Source: a virus (Duplodnaviria > Caudoviricetes). Taken from it: 52,828 nt of DNA. Position 1 is the first letter of the stretch; each line of letters opens with the position of its first letter. Shown here one piece after another: positions 19,530 through 29,434 of this stretch. The position numbers and the translations under genes are program-made. A model generated the notes under the pieces. That model had not been told where the DNA came from and searched no databases. It saw only the letters and a list, made by a program, of their open reading frames with translations. The DNA is taken from IMG/VR virus record IMGVR_UViG_3300021449_000498, positions 1-52,828 of that record. One strand, given 5' to 3'.

Positions 19530-20384
19530 ATGAAAGAAAATCGCCAAAAGAAACGGTTTTACCGCCGATTGTTTCTCACGCTATCCGACCACCAACGACA
19601 GTTAGACGAAGTGCGACAATCGCGAAACAAAGAAACAAGCGCCCAACGGTACCCGAACGTCGAATTAGACGGCCTCGCGATTAGCGAAAGCGAAAACCTG
19701 AGTACCACAGCCAGCGAAGACGCCGGCTTTCGCTTCGGCTCAGGTCTCGGGTACGACTACACTGTCTATCGGTCGGCCGGAAACTGGCGCGACGAATTCG
19801 ACCGCGGAACGATTGAAAGCAATGGCTACGTCTACCGCGGCGAAGAAGACTTCTCCCCCTCCAGCGGCGTAGGTATGGGCGACGGAAACGGTCTCGTTAC
19901 TTCGTTCGATTCGAGTAACAAAACGCTGCACACGACCGCGGACCTCGATATTGGGGCACCCGGAAGAAAAATGGCCTGGCATTACCTCAATGACGGGTCC
20001 GGTACACACAGACGCTTTACCTTCAATGTGCAACGCGGCGGCGGTGACGGGACATACGGCGGAAGAACCAACCACTTCTTTGTAGACGTAGATACAAGTT
20101 CGAACTACTACGAAATAGGCTACAAATTAGACAATTCCGAAACCACCCTCGGGGGCACCCCAGGCAACACGCCGAACGGATGGACTCGAATCGAAGTGAC
20201 CCACGAAACGGATTTCACCGAACTATCCGTCCGCCGCGTGGACCCACTAACGCTACGCTCAATCGAGACTCTGGCCTACGCGGTAGTCCCGCACAATAAT
20301 CCACTTTCGGGGAAACGAAACCCTACTGATATGGGTATCGAGTCCGGGCCGGCCGGAGTATTCGACCTGTTTACGTCTTCGTAA
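19530..20384 (+). CDS. Minor tail protein
   Basis: ATG 19530; N-terminal helix then beta-rich region; position in tail module. Confidence 0.5.
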   Translation: MKENRQKKRFYRRLFLTLSDHQRQLDEVRQSRNKETSAQRYPNVELDGLAISESENLSTTASEDAGFRFGSGLGYDYTVYRSAGNWRDEFDRGTIESNGYVYRGEEDFSPSSGVGMGDGNGLVTSFDSSNKTLHTTADLDIGAPGRKMAWHYLNDGSGTHRRFTFNVQRGGGDGTYGGRTNHFFVDVDTSSNYYEIGYKLDNSETTLGGTPGNTPNGWTRIEVTHETDFTELSVRRVDPLTLRSIETLAYAVVPHNNPLSGKRNPTDMGIESGPAGVFDLFTSS

Positions 20385-20438
20385 CGCGCGGCGCGCTACG
20401 CAAAACCCTATAACACGGTTCCCGCCTATCTTTCCTAA

Positions 20439-20993
20439 ATGCCTTGTCCGCAAACAAAGACACTCGAACCGAAAGTTCCTATCTATGAGAACGTAGACCT
20501 ATACACGATACCTCGGTACACGGTAGCGGGCCTACGCGGACAAGACCGGCGAGACGCCGCTATTTCGCTCGCTAAGGGCGGGCGGTGGACCGACGCCACG
20601 AGGGAAACCAACACCACGACCGACGCCTTACACAGCCAAATTGCGGCCCTCTTGAACTTCAATAACGACCGAACCGCGTTGGACGAATACGACGCGCTGG
20701 AATTCGGAACCGGAAACTCGCCGACTGCGGCCGGGGGCTGTTCGTCGCCCGTAGGCCGGATTTCTATCGAGGACCCGAGTAACGAAGGCGATACCTTTTA
20801 TATGTCCGAATTAGCAGACGAATATGAAGTCAACCCCGAACCCAACGACGACGGAACAACGCCGGAACTGACGGAAATGGCGGCGTACTCGACAAAGAAC
20901 GACGTTTACAATTTCGTTACGCTAAACAACCCGATTAAGAAAACCGACGACTATATCCTTATTGTCAACATTAGTCTCTCAATAGGAGTGTAA
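20439..20993 (+). CDS. Minor tail/baseplate protein
   Basis: LEFGTGNSP, LTEMAAY and NPIKKTDDYILIVNI resemble fibre-collar/baseplate motifs. Confidence 0.55.
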   Translation: MPCPQTKTLEPKVPIYENVDLYTIPRYTVAGLRGQDRRDAAISLAKGGRWTDATRETNTTTDALHSQIAALLNFNNDRTALDEYDALEFGTGNSPTAAGGCSSPVGRISIEDPSNEGDTFYMSELADEYEVNPEPNDDGTTPELTEMAAYSTKNDVYNFVTLNNPIKKTDDYILIVNISLSIGV

Positions 20994-21001
20994 ATAAATT
21001 C

Positions 21002-22066
21002 ATGACTATCAGAACGGAACCAAGCCACGGTGACGCCACGAACAGCAGAGAAGCCGATAGCACTCGAATCGCCGCCGCGATAGCGAAAGCCGGCGGCGAG
21101 TGGATTGTTCCGTCAGATACGGACTTTCTCGCTACTGCTGATAACGAACTGGCGAACGGCCCCCTTGGCGGCTTCGGAGTCGCGAATACCAACGGTCGCA
21201 CACTGACGATAGCTACCGGCGAGGCTACTTTCTCGGGTCATTACCTCGCGTCAGACGATACGTCCGCAACCGACAGCGTAACTGGTAACAATGTGCATGA
21301 CGTAACGATTCCTGAAAACAGAAACGACGAAACGGTGTACCTTGGCGTGGACCGGACCCGAACAGACCGGATTATCGTAGATATTGCCGAAAACTTCGTA
21401 CTGTCGGACGCCAAAGCCCCACGAGTGGCGCTGTGGGACGTTAATACAGACAGTTCGAGTATTACCGCTACGTCGAACCGACGCGTTCTCACCCGAAGCC
21501 TGAATCTAAAGAACCAACGCTACGAAGGCGGCGGAAACCCGGTGGACGAAGCCCAAGACGCGAATTTCCTCGGTGGCATACAGCCCGGAAACTTCGCGCG
21601 AACCGACGAAACCGACCGATTCCTTGGAAACCACTACGTCTTCGCACCTTCGGACAGCACGAACAAACAGCCCGGAATCCCCGAAGGCGAACGGATGCAC
21701 TACGCTTCCGGCACCTCAGACTTTCTATTAAGCCTCCAGGGGGGGCACGGGCGCGTGGTATGGACCTGGAACGCATGGTATGACGGCGATACGTGGCGGT
21801 CTATGGTTAGTGGCGAGGGACACAGCTTACTCGGGTTCTCAAACGGGTCACCCGGACCCGATAGCGGCGGCGGAAATGTCGTTCGCGCGTCCGCACCCTC
21901 GAATTCAAACGCCGACGACCCGATTTCGTGGAACTGGCGGGCAATCGGCGAAGACGGTCAATTGGTCGTTAACGGCGAGGAAATGACCCCCGTACCCGAA
22001 CGGTCGAATTCCCCCTCTTCAAGCGCCGTGCCCCCGGGACACGTCGGAATGTATGTCGAACGATAA
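21002..22066 (+). CDS. Tail fibre protein
   Basis: LTIATGEATFSG and VALWDVNT N-terminal fibre motifs; DANFLGGIQPGNFARTD repeat-like segment. Confidence 0.65.
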   Translation: MTIRTEPSHGDATNSREADSTRIAAAIAKAGGEWIVPSDTDFLATADNELANGPLGGFGVANTNGRTLTIATGEATFSGHYLASDDTSATDSVTGNNVHDVTIPENRNDETVYLGVDRTRTDRIIVDIAENFVLSDAKAPRVALWDVNTDSSSITATSNRRVLTRSLNLKNQRYEGGGNPVDEAQDANFLGGIQPGNFARTDETDRFLGNHYVFAPSDSTNKQPGIPEGERMHYASGTSDFLLSLQGGHGRVVWTWNAWYDGDTWRSMVSGEGHSLLGFSNGSPGPDSGGGNVVRASAPSNSNADDPISWNWRAIGEDGQLVVNGEEMTPVPERSNSPSSSAVPPGHVGMYVER

Positions 22067-22079
22067 TCGATAACAAACA

Positions 22080-22886
22080 ATGGCGGACCCAATTTACACA
22101 ATGCAGTTCGGCGGTGAAAGCGTATACGTCTACCGTCAGTCGGAAATAGCGAAACCGTACCTCGCGCTTGACGACGGCGGCGCAATAAAACTAACCACTG
22201 ACGGCGGCGAAATCGATACGTCGGTACGGACCAAGTTCGGGGACGGTACCCTCATGGGGGTTCGCTCCGAACTTGTCACGGAAATCGAATCTTGGGCGGA
22301 ATATTCGGACGGGGAAAAGCCGGGTCCTTGGGCAACTGGGTCGTCGGACCTGTGGGTCGTTAAGAATCGCTCTTGGGCGCGTGACGGCAAAGTCTACCGC
22401 CTCGAAGGGTATAACGTGGACGGTTCGGAAAGCCGCCACACCGGCGGCTCGCTTCCGGGAGACGGCTTAGACCAATACTGTCCCCCGCCGCCCTTTGACC
22501 TGTATGTCGGGTTGCGAATCGGCTCCGAAAGCTACCACGAAGTCAACTTTCACTGGAACATCGAAACCCGTAGCTACGAAAGCTACCGGAACGTCTTAGA
22601 ATACGAACCGGACATCAACAGCATGAATACGGGACAAAAGGGACCAAACAAAGGATTCACGACATTAGACGAAACGAGTGTCGATGTTCCCTCGAATACC
22701 GATATTGAAATACACGTACATCAAAAAGCAAACGGACACTGGGAAGTCGATACGCTCGGAAAACACTTGGATAGCCGCGCGTATGGAAACACACCGAAGA
22801 ACATTACAGATGATTACTTCGGATACGGTTTCTCGATAGGCGACGGCGACATAGCGGAAATTAGCTACATAGACTTAGATAAATAA
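22080..22886 (+). CDS. Putative receptor-binding/tail fibre-associated protein
   Basis: Last gene of the tail module; beta-rich and aromatic-rich C-terminal domain. Confidence 0.5.
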   Translation: MADPIYTMQFGGESVYVYRQSEIAKPYLALDDGGAIKLTTDGGEIDTSVRTKFGDGTLMGVRSELVTEIESWAEYSDGEKPGPWATGSSDLWVVKNRSWARDGKVYRLEGYNVDGSESRHTGGSLPGDGLDQYCPPPPFDLYVGLRIGSESYHEVNFHWNIETRSYESYRNVLEYEPDINSMNTGQKGPNKGFTTLDETSVDVPSNTDIEIHVHQKANGHWEVDTLGKHLDSRAYGNTPKNITDDYFGYGFSIGDGDIAEISYIDLDK

Positions 22887-22955
22887 CCCGAAAGGCGACG
22901 AAAGAAGGCGTGCGAAGAGCTTTCCGCGGAAGCGCCGCTATCTTCTCTCATCCGC

Positions 22956-23204
22956 ATGGCTATCGAACTGACGAATAGAACTATCGGGATTGCCTTAGTG
23001 GCCTTTCTTGTCTTCGTCGCGTTTGTGGAACTGGCGGGAATAGGCACTCTCTCCAGCCATTGGACCCGCGAATTAGCGGCTCTCGCCGGAAGTCTGCTGA
23101 TTTCCGAAGGGTTGCGGCGTGGCGCGAAGGCCACTAATTTACCGGAAACAGAGCGCAATGGGAATAGAGAAAATAAAGACGAAAACGAAAGAAAACAGGA
23201 ATAA
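22956..23204 (+). CDS. Small membrane protein (holin-like candidate)
   Basis: Hydrophobic IGIALVAFLVFVAFV segment, second weaker segment, charged C-tail. Confidence 0.6.
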   Translation: MAIELTNRTIGIALVAFLVFVAFVELAGIGTLSSHWTRELAALAGSLLISEGLRRGAKATNLPETERNGNRENKDENERKQE

Positions 23205-23210
23205 CGTAGC

Positions 23211-23681
23211 ATGAAGATAGAATACCAAACGGTCGAAATCGAGAGTTACATTTGGTCGAACTTAATCGTGGTCTTTAGCGTCCTCTCCGCCCTCGGGGCC
23301 GTAGCGGGCGTAGCCTCGGGGCACCTGATTCCCGCCGAAGCCGGCGTGATTACGTCCTGCGTGGCTTTTTCGTGGGTAGCGAACATCTTCTTTCTCACGC
23401 CGCGCGAAAACGAGGACCCGATTTTCTACAACCCGACCATAGCCTTTCTGTCTATGTCCGGGCTGTTTTCAGTCGGCTTCGGGACCTTACTCGTTGGGGG
23501 CGCGTACCTTGTTAACGGGTCTACCCTGCTATACACAACTGTCGGAACGCTCATTTTTGTAACGTATGTCACTATGCTCGGGTTCGTTTCGTCGGTCGCG
23601 GCAAACGAACACAAGCCATTCATGGCGTTTGCCTTTATTCCGGCGAAAATAATCGAGTCAATTAGAAAAGACCGGGAATAA
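23211..23681 (+). CDS. Multi-pass membrane protein
   Basis: About four hydrophobic segments in 156 aa. Confidence 0.7.
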   Translation: MKIEYQTVEIESYIWSNLIVVFSVLSALGAVAGVASGHLIPAEAGVITSCVAFSWVANIFFLTPRENEDPIFYNPTIAFLSMSGLFSVGFGTLLVGGAYLVNGSTLLYTTVGTLIFVTYVTMLGFVSSVAANEHKPFMAFAFIPAKIIESIRKDRE

Positions 23682-23808
23682 TCCGGCGGAGGAAACTCTT
23701 ATAACACGGGGGACTCAAAGGGTGTTTATGCCCGATTTCACCCCCGCGCGAAATGCGACTCGTTTCGCGGAGTATCACGCTCTCTTTTGTGCTTTCTATC
23801 AGTAATCC

Positions 23809-26800
23809 ATGCCGGAAACGAAAACTCGCGAAGAACGGATTGCGGCGTTCCAAGAGTTTCACGAATTCGCAAAGGAAACCGAGGAAATCGAAGACGAAGA
23901 CCGCCGCTACGTTATCAGCTTTGGACCTTCTGATTTCCCAAACTGGCATGAGCCGTCCGGGCGCGCGACGGCCTCGCAAGTCGAGAAGAAAATTCGCAAT
24001 ACGGACCCCGAAGCATATCTGGCAATTGCCTACATGTTTCAGGCCGGCGACCGGATGCTTGCCGTAGACGAAGACGAGCCTGTTTTTCGCGAGCGAAACG
24101 GCGAAGACTTTCAGCCCACTTTCCGAATTCGGTCCCGTTCGGGCGGCACCCACCTGTATTACACACTTCCCGACGAAGACACCAATTTCCCACACGACAG
24201 TCTCCAGGTTCCCGAGACCGTAGAAAAGCCCGACGAAATGAAGGGCGACGCGAATACGGTTGCTGATTTTCGGGGCGCTCAAAATCAAAAAATCATGTAT
24301 ATTCCGGGGTCCCACCGCCCGGACCCGAAAGGTGGGTACGATGGACCCGGCGCTGGCTACTACACGATAACCAATAACAGGCCGGCCGCAGACTTCGATA
24401 TGCGGCAAATGCCTCGTTCGTGGCTGTATATGTTTGCCGAAAACGAGCGAATCGCCCGCGTTCGCAAAGAAGAGCGCAACGAACGCCTGCGGGGCAACGC
24501 CGAAAATTACGACCCCGACGAAACCGACGAAGACACAAGCAACTTCTTTGACGACAAAGCCGGGCGGCATATCATGCAGAACCTCGGAGTGGATGTAAGC
24601 GGCGAGAAATTTGCTCATCCGATTCACGGGTCTACCACCGGAAAGAACGCTCAATTCGACCCGGACACTTGTACCCTCACCTGCTGGCGGCATAACGTTG
24701 CCCTTGGGCCGGCACAATTGTTAGCACTCGACAGCGAAATGTACGACGATGATAGCGGGTGCGCTTTGCTCGGAAAGCCCCACGCAACCGGCGGCGAATC
24801 CGCCGCCAGTTCCGCAGGCCCCTCCGACTATATAGCCAACCCCAAGGCTATGTTTCACGCATGGAAACGCGGCGTGGAAGTTAATGCGGTAAACGGTACC
24901 GAAATTCCCTACAAGGCGCTCGTATGGGTCGCAATCGAACACGTCAACACGGACCCGCACAGCCGGCGCGACCCCCCGGACCCGCATGACTACGACGAAG
25001 ACGACCCCGAAAAGCGGCTCCAGGCCGTCGTCTTCAACGAAGCCCTCGCCGCAGTTCGCGACTACTACGGCGTCGAACCGAACCGCGACGAAGTTGACCC
25101 CTCCGAAGACATCGAAACCGACGACGTAGTAGCCAGCAAACCCTTTAAACAAAACGGATTAGACGTTTACAAAAACCAAACCCTCCAGGGAATCGCGCGG
25201 TCGGGCAAATCCTACGATATGATTGAAGCCGTCTACGAAGCCCGCAAACAAGGCTTCGAAGGCCGTGTAGGATACCTCCTACCGTCACACCAAGAAGGCA
25301 AATCGACCTGGGATAAAGCCGCCAAGTTCGGCCTGGCGGCCGCTTACGTCGCGGGCAAAACCAAAGCAAAAGAACGGTGGGAAGTGAACACGGCTTCGGA
25401 CGAATACCCCGACGATACAGCCCTTACGCCGTGGGACGCCGCCGAACAGATAGACGAAGACCAAAACCAGTATCAGGCTAACATCGAAGGCGCGAAAGAA
25501 AGCGACTTCGTAGTTCTCCCCCCCGAAAAGTTAGACGATGTTGACCCGCATGATTTCGACCTGCTGATTACCTCCGAAGAGGCCGTTCTGTCGCGTCTGC
25601 TGTCCGAAGAACTGTGTGTTTTCAAAGCGAAACGCGGCGGCGGCCCCGCCGAAGATAACTCCGCTCACTTCCTCAGACTCGGCGATAAAGTTCTCGGGGC
25701 GGCGGAAAAAGTCAAAGACAAAATCGAGGACTTAGAGCGAACCGACGCGGTACACGATGATATGGTACAGGCCGCCGATTTGCTGTTAGACATAGACGAG
25801 ATAACCCGAAGCACGAATTTCGACGTATGGAACGACCTGGAGGGTAACGAAGACGCGGACGAAGACACCCCGGACCCGTTCGACCGCCTTGTCGAGACGA
25901 TTCGCGAACGCGCGCGCGAAGTCGAACCGAAAGCGAACTTTCAGGAAACCCGCACCCGCTTGAAAAACTACACACCCGGGCACGCGGAGAAACTGATTAA
26001 CGCACTCTATCACGACAGCAGCGAAGGGCGCGACGAGGACCTAACGAACGAGTTAGACGGCGTATATGACTACGGAAACGGAAACGAGAAAGCAATCTAC
26101 CTTGTCGGAGACGTAGACCGCGTGTTTGCGGACTTGCCAGACGATTGTAATTTCTGGTTCGCGGGCAACGACCTTCCGGCAATGCAGAACGCACACGAAC
26201 TGATTCACGGCGAGGTACCCGAGGCTATGCGGCATGATAGCGAATTTACCCCCGTCACGCGCTGTATGCGAGTGATTCGATACAGCGGCGGCGACACTCC
26301 GAAACAGCAAACCGGAGACATCCGAAAGACGATTGAAAACCTACAAGGCGCTGGCTACGGCGACCGTCCGAAATACGCCGGCCTGCTGTTTGACGGGTCC
26401 GGGGCGAGGACAGCACAATTAGCGTCAAAAACCCCGTCTACCTATACCCCAGGCACCGATTCACTGGACGGCGTAAAGAGCCAGCAAGTCAACCGGAACA
26501 GCGTTGCCATGCCCGCGAACAGCCGATTCGCCGAAGGGGTTGACCTACAAGAATACGACTTCGGCGCGGTCCACTCCGCTCAATTCGCGACCCCGCGGCA
26601 ATCGTACCTCGGTGAGGAAACCGGCGAGTGGACGATGAAATTCAGTGAGCTAATCCGGGCGACTCAAAACGCGGCGCTTCGGGCGTCGAACGTGCCCCAC
26701 AGCGGCGACCCGAACGGACGGACGCTAAAAGACGGAACCCAGGTCGCAAACCCCGCCGGGACAGCCATAGACGAAGACGAAGAAGACGGCACGGTGCCGA

Positions 26801-27102
26801 CCATTATTCCCGATAAGCATATCCCCGAAGTTATCTTTGATATGTTCGAAGCGTTCGGAATCGACGTGGAAACGGTCGAAAACGTTGACGAAGCGACCGA
26901 GGAAATGGAGGGCTATATGACGGCGAAAATCGCGCCTGACGCTGCTATCGAGGAAACCCACGCCGAAGGCGGTACCCGAGTCAACGAACGGAAAACACCC
27001 GCGGAAGTTCACGAGACTATCGACGTGGCAGACGACCAACCAGAACCGGAAACGAGGCCGCCGCCGACACCGCCCGACGAGAAGCATATGCAACGAATGT
27101 GA
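23809..27102 (+). CDS. Primase-polymerase / Zn-binding / helicase-like fusion replication protein
   Basis: Prim-pol motifs LAVDED and SRSGGTHLYY, MYIPGS; HPIHGSTTG...CWRH Zn module; Walker A GIARSGKS; RFAEGVDL helicase motif V. Confidence 0.8.
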   Translation: MPETKTREERIAAFQEFHEFAKETEEIEDEDRRYVISFGPSDFPNWHEPSGRATASQVEKKIRNTDPEAYLAIAYMFQAGDRMLAVDEDEPVFRERNGEDFQPTFRIRSRSGGTHLYYTLPDEDTNFPHDSLQVPETVEKPDEMKGDANTVADFRGAQNQKIMYIPGSHRPDPKGGYDGPGAGYYTITNNRPAADFDMRQMPRSWLYMFAENERIARVRKEERNERLRGNAENYDPDETDEDTSNFFDDKAGRHIMQNLGVDVSGEKFAHPIHGSTTGKNAQFDPDTCTLTCWRHNVALGPAQLLALDSEMYDDDSGCALLGKPHATGGESAASSAGPSDYIANPKAMFHAWKRGVEVNAVNGTEIPYKALVWVAIEHVNTDPHSRRDPPDPHDYDEDDPEKRLQAVVFNEALAAVRDYYGVEPNRDEVDPSEDIETDDVVASKPFKQNGLDVYKNQTLQGIARSGKSYDMIEAVYEARKQGFEGRVGYLLPSHQEGKSTWDKAAKFGLAAAYVAGKTKAKERWEVNTASDEYPDDTALTPWDAAEQIDEDQNQYQANIEGAKESDFVVLPPEKLDDVDPHDFDLLITSEEAVLSRLLSEELCVFKAKRGGGPAEDNSAHFLRLGDKVLGAAEKVKDKIEDLERTDAVHDDMVQAADLLLDIDEITRSTNFDVWNDLEGNEDADEDTPDPFDRLVETIRERAREVEPKANFQETRTRLKNYTPGHAEKLINALYHDSSEGRDEDLTNELDGVYDYGNGNEKAIYLVGDVDRVFADLPDDCNFWFAGNDLPAMQNAHELIHGEVPEAMRHDSEFTPVTRCMRVIRYSGGDTPKQQTGDIRKTIENLQGAGYGDRPKYAGLLFDGSGARTAQLASKTPSTYTPGTDSLDGVKSQQVNRNSVAMPANSRFAEGVDLQEYDFGAVHSAQFATPRQSYLGEETGEWTMKFSELIRATQNAALRASNVPHSGDPNGRTLKDGTQVANPAGTAIDEDEEDGTVPTIIPDKHIPEVIFDMFEAFGIDVETVENVDEATEEMEGYMTAKIAPDAAIEETHAEGGTRVNERKTPAEVHETIDVADDQPEPETRPPPTPPDEKHMQRM

Positions 27103-27287
27103 GGCGGCGGCAGGTAGATACATCTCCAGGCCGAACCCGGCTTCGTAGTGGTTACTCGACATTTTGCGGGCGAGTCGCGGCGCTAATGTAATTTTCGAGG
27201 GCGAAAAATCGAGTTAGAGACCAAAGTCCCGCCGAAGTTTTAGGCGCGCCAAAGGCCTGAGAACGTTCTTCCGGCTTTTTCGCCGGT

Positions 27288-27327
27288 AAAGTTCCGGCAG
27301 CCCCGTTAGGGTATTCTATAATAAGAA
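27288..27327 (+). repeat. 40-nt dispersed repeat, copy A
   Basis: AAAGTTCCGGCAGCCCCGTTAGGGTATTCTATAATAAGAA; 33/40 identical to 52776-52815. Confidence 0.8.
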
Positions 27328-27364
27328 CCGAAGGAGACGGGTGCGTGGCTTCTTGAATTTCAAG

Positions 27365-27382
27365 CGCCGAAGATTTTTAAAT
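27365..27382 (+). promoter_or_regulatory. BRE/TATA promoter for the 27405 microprotein
   Basis: CGCCGAAGATTTTTAAAT ending about 23 nt before the ATG. Confidence 0.65.
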
Positions 27383-27404
27383 ACCTCTCGGTGTACTGGT
27401 TCGT

Positions 27405-27569
27405 ATGGGAATTTGGTCGTCGCGAAGACGAGACGGTCGCGAAGAACAAGCGCCGAAGTTTTTGTGTTCTTCGTGCGGGTCCCGAGTAACTTCGGATTAT
27501 TTTCGGCTTTTTAGCGTTTCAGGGACGCTTTATGAGTGTATCCACTGTTCGGAGGACCCGGATTATTGA
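27405..27569 (+). CDS. 54-aa CxxC...CxxC zinc-finger microprotein
   Basis: Hand translation MGIWSSRRRDGREEQAPKFLCSSCGSRVTSDYFRLFSVSGTLYECIHCSEDPDY; own TATA box. Confidence 0.78.
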   Translation: MGIWSSRRRDGREEQAPKFLCSSCGSRVTSDYFRLFSVSGTLYECIHCSEDPDY

Positions 27570-27652
27570 GGGCGACAAGGGCGACAGCGCACCGAAAGTC
27601 TTTTTTGTCGGTCTTTCGTACACGCACCTGCGGCAAACCGAGGTAACAAACT

Positions 27653-28573
27653 ATGGCCGACTACGACCTAAGCGATACGCCGGAAGAGTCGCAAACGGAT
27701 ACGAACAGCAGCGGCGGGGGCGGTTTCACCTATTGGTGGAGGCCGTCGCGGAACGACGAAGAACAGGTAGGCGGCGTGGTTATGGGCGGGCGCATGGTCT
27801 CCGGTTACGAGTACGAAGAAGTACAAGGTGACGAGACCGACGTTCCGGTCGTGACTATCGCAGTCGCCGAAGGATTCACGGACCCGTTCTCTACCCAGGA
27901 TGATGAGGGGCGCGAAATCGAGGCAAGCCCCGAAGCCGGTATGGCTGTCAATCTTCCCACGCACGCGCGTCTTCTAAACGAACTGGAGAACGTTTCCGTG
28001 GGTGACGCTGTGGTAGTCGAGTGCGGCGGCTATCACCTTCCTGACGGTGCGGATAACGCACAGTACCTATACACCTTCTCGCAAATGTCGCCCGAACAGT
28101 ACGCCGGCCAGGACTTCGAGGATACCCTTAACGAAGCCCAAGCCGCGTATAGCGGCGAGACGGGCGACGACCGGGTTTTCTATGACGAGAACGGAAACCC
28201 GAAGGGACAGCCCTCGCAGGGCGGCGAGGCTGCTACCGACGGCGGTATGCAGGCCGCAAAGCCGGCGGGCAAAAGCGCAGACTCGGGTATGGGCGGCGGT
28301 GGTCCTGACACCGTAGAAGATGACCTTAGCGGTTTCACGCAGGACGAAGCCGACGAGGGTCCCGACGTACCCGAGGGGGTTCGCGAAGCCGCGTGGACCT
28401 ACGTCAAACAAATCTCCGACGACATGGAGTGTACGGTTGACGAGTTAGACCACTTCCTAAAGCAAACTGTGGGTTCGGAACACGACACCGAAACCGTGAT
28501 TGAAGTCGCGGACGTGCATCTTTGGAACGAAGACGAGAAGGTACACGCGCGACCGGAAGGCGAAGACGAGTAG
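27653..28573 (+). CDS. Putative single-stranded DNA-binding (OB-fold-like) protein
   Basis: Aromatic N-terminal WWRP, beta-rich core (VSVGDAVVVECGG), very acidic tail; SD-like GAGGT upstream; next to the primase. Confidence 0.5.
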   Translation: MADYDLSDTPEESQTDTNSSGGGGFTYWWRPSRNDEEQVGGVVMGGRMVSGYEYEEVQGDETDVPVVTIAVAEGFTDPFSTQDDEGREIEASPEAGMAVNLPTHARLLNELENVSVGDAVVVECGGYHLPDGADNAQYLYTFSQMSPEQYAGQDFEDTLNEAQAAYSGETGDDRVFYDENGNPKGQPSQGGEAATDGGMQAAKPAGKSADSGMGGGGPDTVEDDLSGFTQDEADEGPDVPEGVREAAWTYVKQISDDMECTVDELDHFLKQTVGSEHDTETVIEVADVHLWNEDEKVHARPEGEDE

Positions 28574-28624
28574 CGAACCCGAGACCCGTTTTTATTGGCT
28601 ACGAAAACGACACACAACGCAACT

Positions 28625-28987
28625 ATGTCAGAAACACAAACAGACGCGGACACGACCGAGGCAGAACCGAAGCCAGAACCGAGAGAAAGCGCGACTGCGG
28701 ACTTGGACGTTATTCGGACGGACACGACCGAGTACGCGGAGGTTCCCGGAACTGTGGACCCGAGAAACCTAATCGAACGGGACCGTGACGAGTCAACTAC
28801 TACGGTGTGGACCGCGGGCTTTCATCCGGCGGACGTAGTGGCGGCTCACATTGACGCGGCTATCCTGGCCCTTGATGAAATTCCCGAAGGCCAGCGGCCG
28901 GAAGGGTTCGACCAGTGGTATTATGCGCTTATGATGTCCGCGATTAAAGCGACCCGAATTCGCGGCGCTATCAATTCGGAACCGTAA
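28625..28987 (+). CDS. Hypothetical protein
   Basis: Acidic ORF from ATG 28625, followed by a T-rich tract. Confidence 0.65.
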   Translation: MSETQTDADTTEAEPKPEPRESATADLDVIRTDTTEYAEVPGTVDPRNLIERDRDESTTTVWTAGFHPADVVAAHIDAAILALDEIPEGQRPEGFDQWYYALMMSAIKATRIRGAINSEP

Positions 28988-29056
28988 CTCCGCAGGCGTT
29001 TCGCTATTTACTTTTTTGCATCAAGTATAAGTGGGAAAGCCTGCCGACCGTTAGCT

Positions 29057-29434
29057 ATGGCAAACGAAGACGCGACCGAAGGTGGCACCGGCGGCGGCGA
29101 GTACGCGAACGCGGGCGCGGATACGAACCTGGGGCGCGAAACTTCCTTGGCCGAACGCGCGGCGGACGGGGAGTTTGACGAGTCGCTGGACCCGTCGTTC
29201 TACCACCCGAACGAAGCGCCTGACGATGTTCCGTTTGACCCGGACCCCGACCCTCGCCCGGCGGCGATTCGCATGGCGCGCTATGCAGACGACGCAAGAG
29301 AAGCGTTGGCAATCATCGAGCGGACCAACGAAATTACGCAAGCGACTTTGCGGGGGGAGAACACGATTGAGGACCACCGCGAAAAAATCGAGGCGGCCGA
29401 AGCCGAGAAAATTCCTGCGCTGCTGTTCGGTTAG
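29057..29434 (+). CDS. Hypothetical protein
   Basis: 125-aa acidic ORF; TATAAG about 30 nt upstream. Confidence 0.65.
   Translation: MANEDATEGGTGGGEYANAGADTNLGRETSLAERAADGEFDESLDPSFYHPNEAPDDVPFDPDPDPRPAAIRMARYADDAREALAIIERTNEITQATLRGENTIEDHREKIEAAEAEKIPALLFG

Noticed and set aside
27230-27462. Repeated CGCCGAAG(A)TTTT as iterons or a CRISPR-like array
   Set aside because: Only three short irregular copies; one is a BRE/TATA promoter and one lies in the 27405 ORF
27532-27831. 99-aa plus-strand ORF from the track
   Set aside because: Arg-rich and overlaps both the 27405 zinc-finger ORF and the 27653 gene
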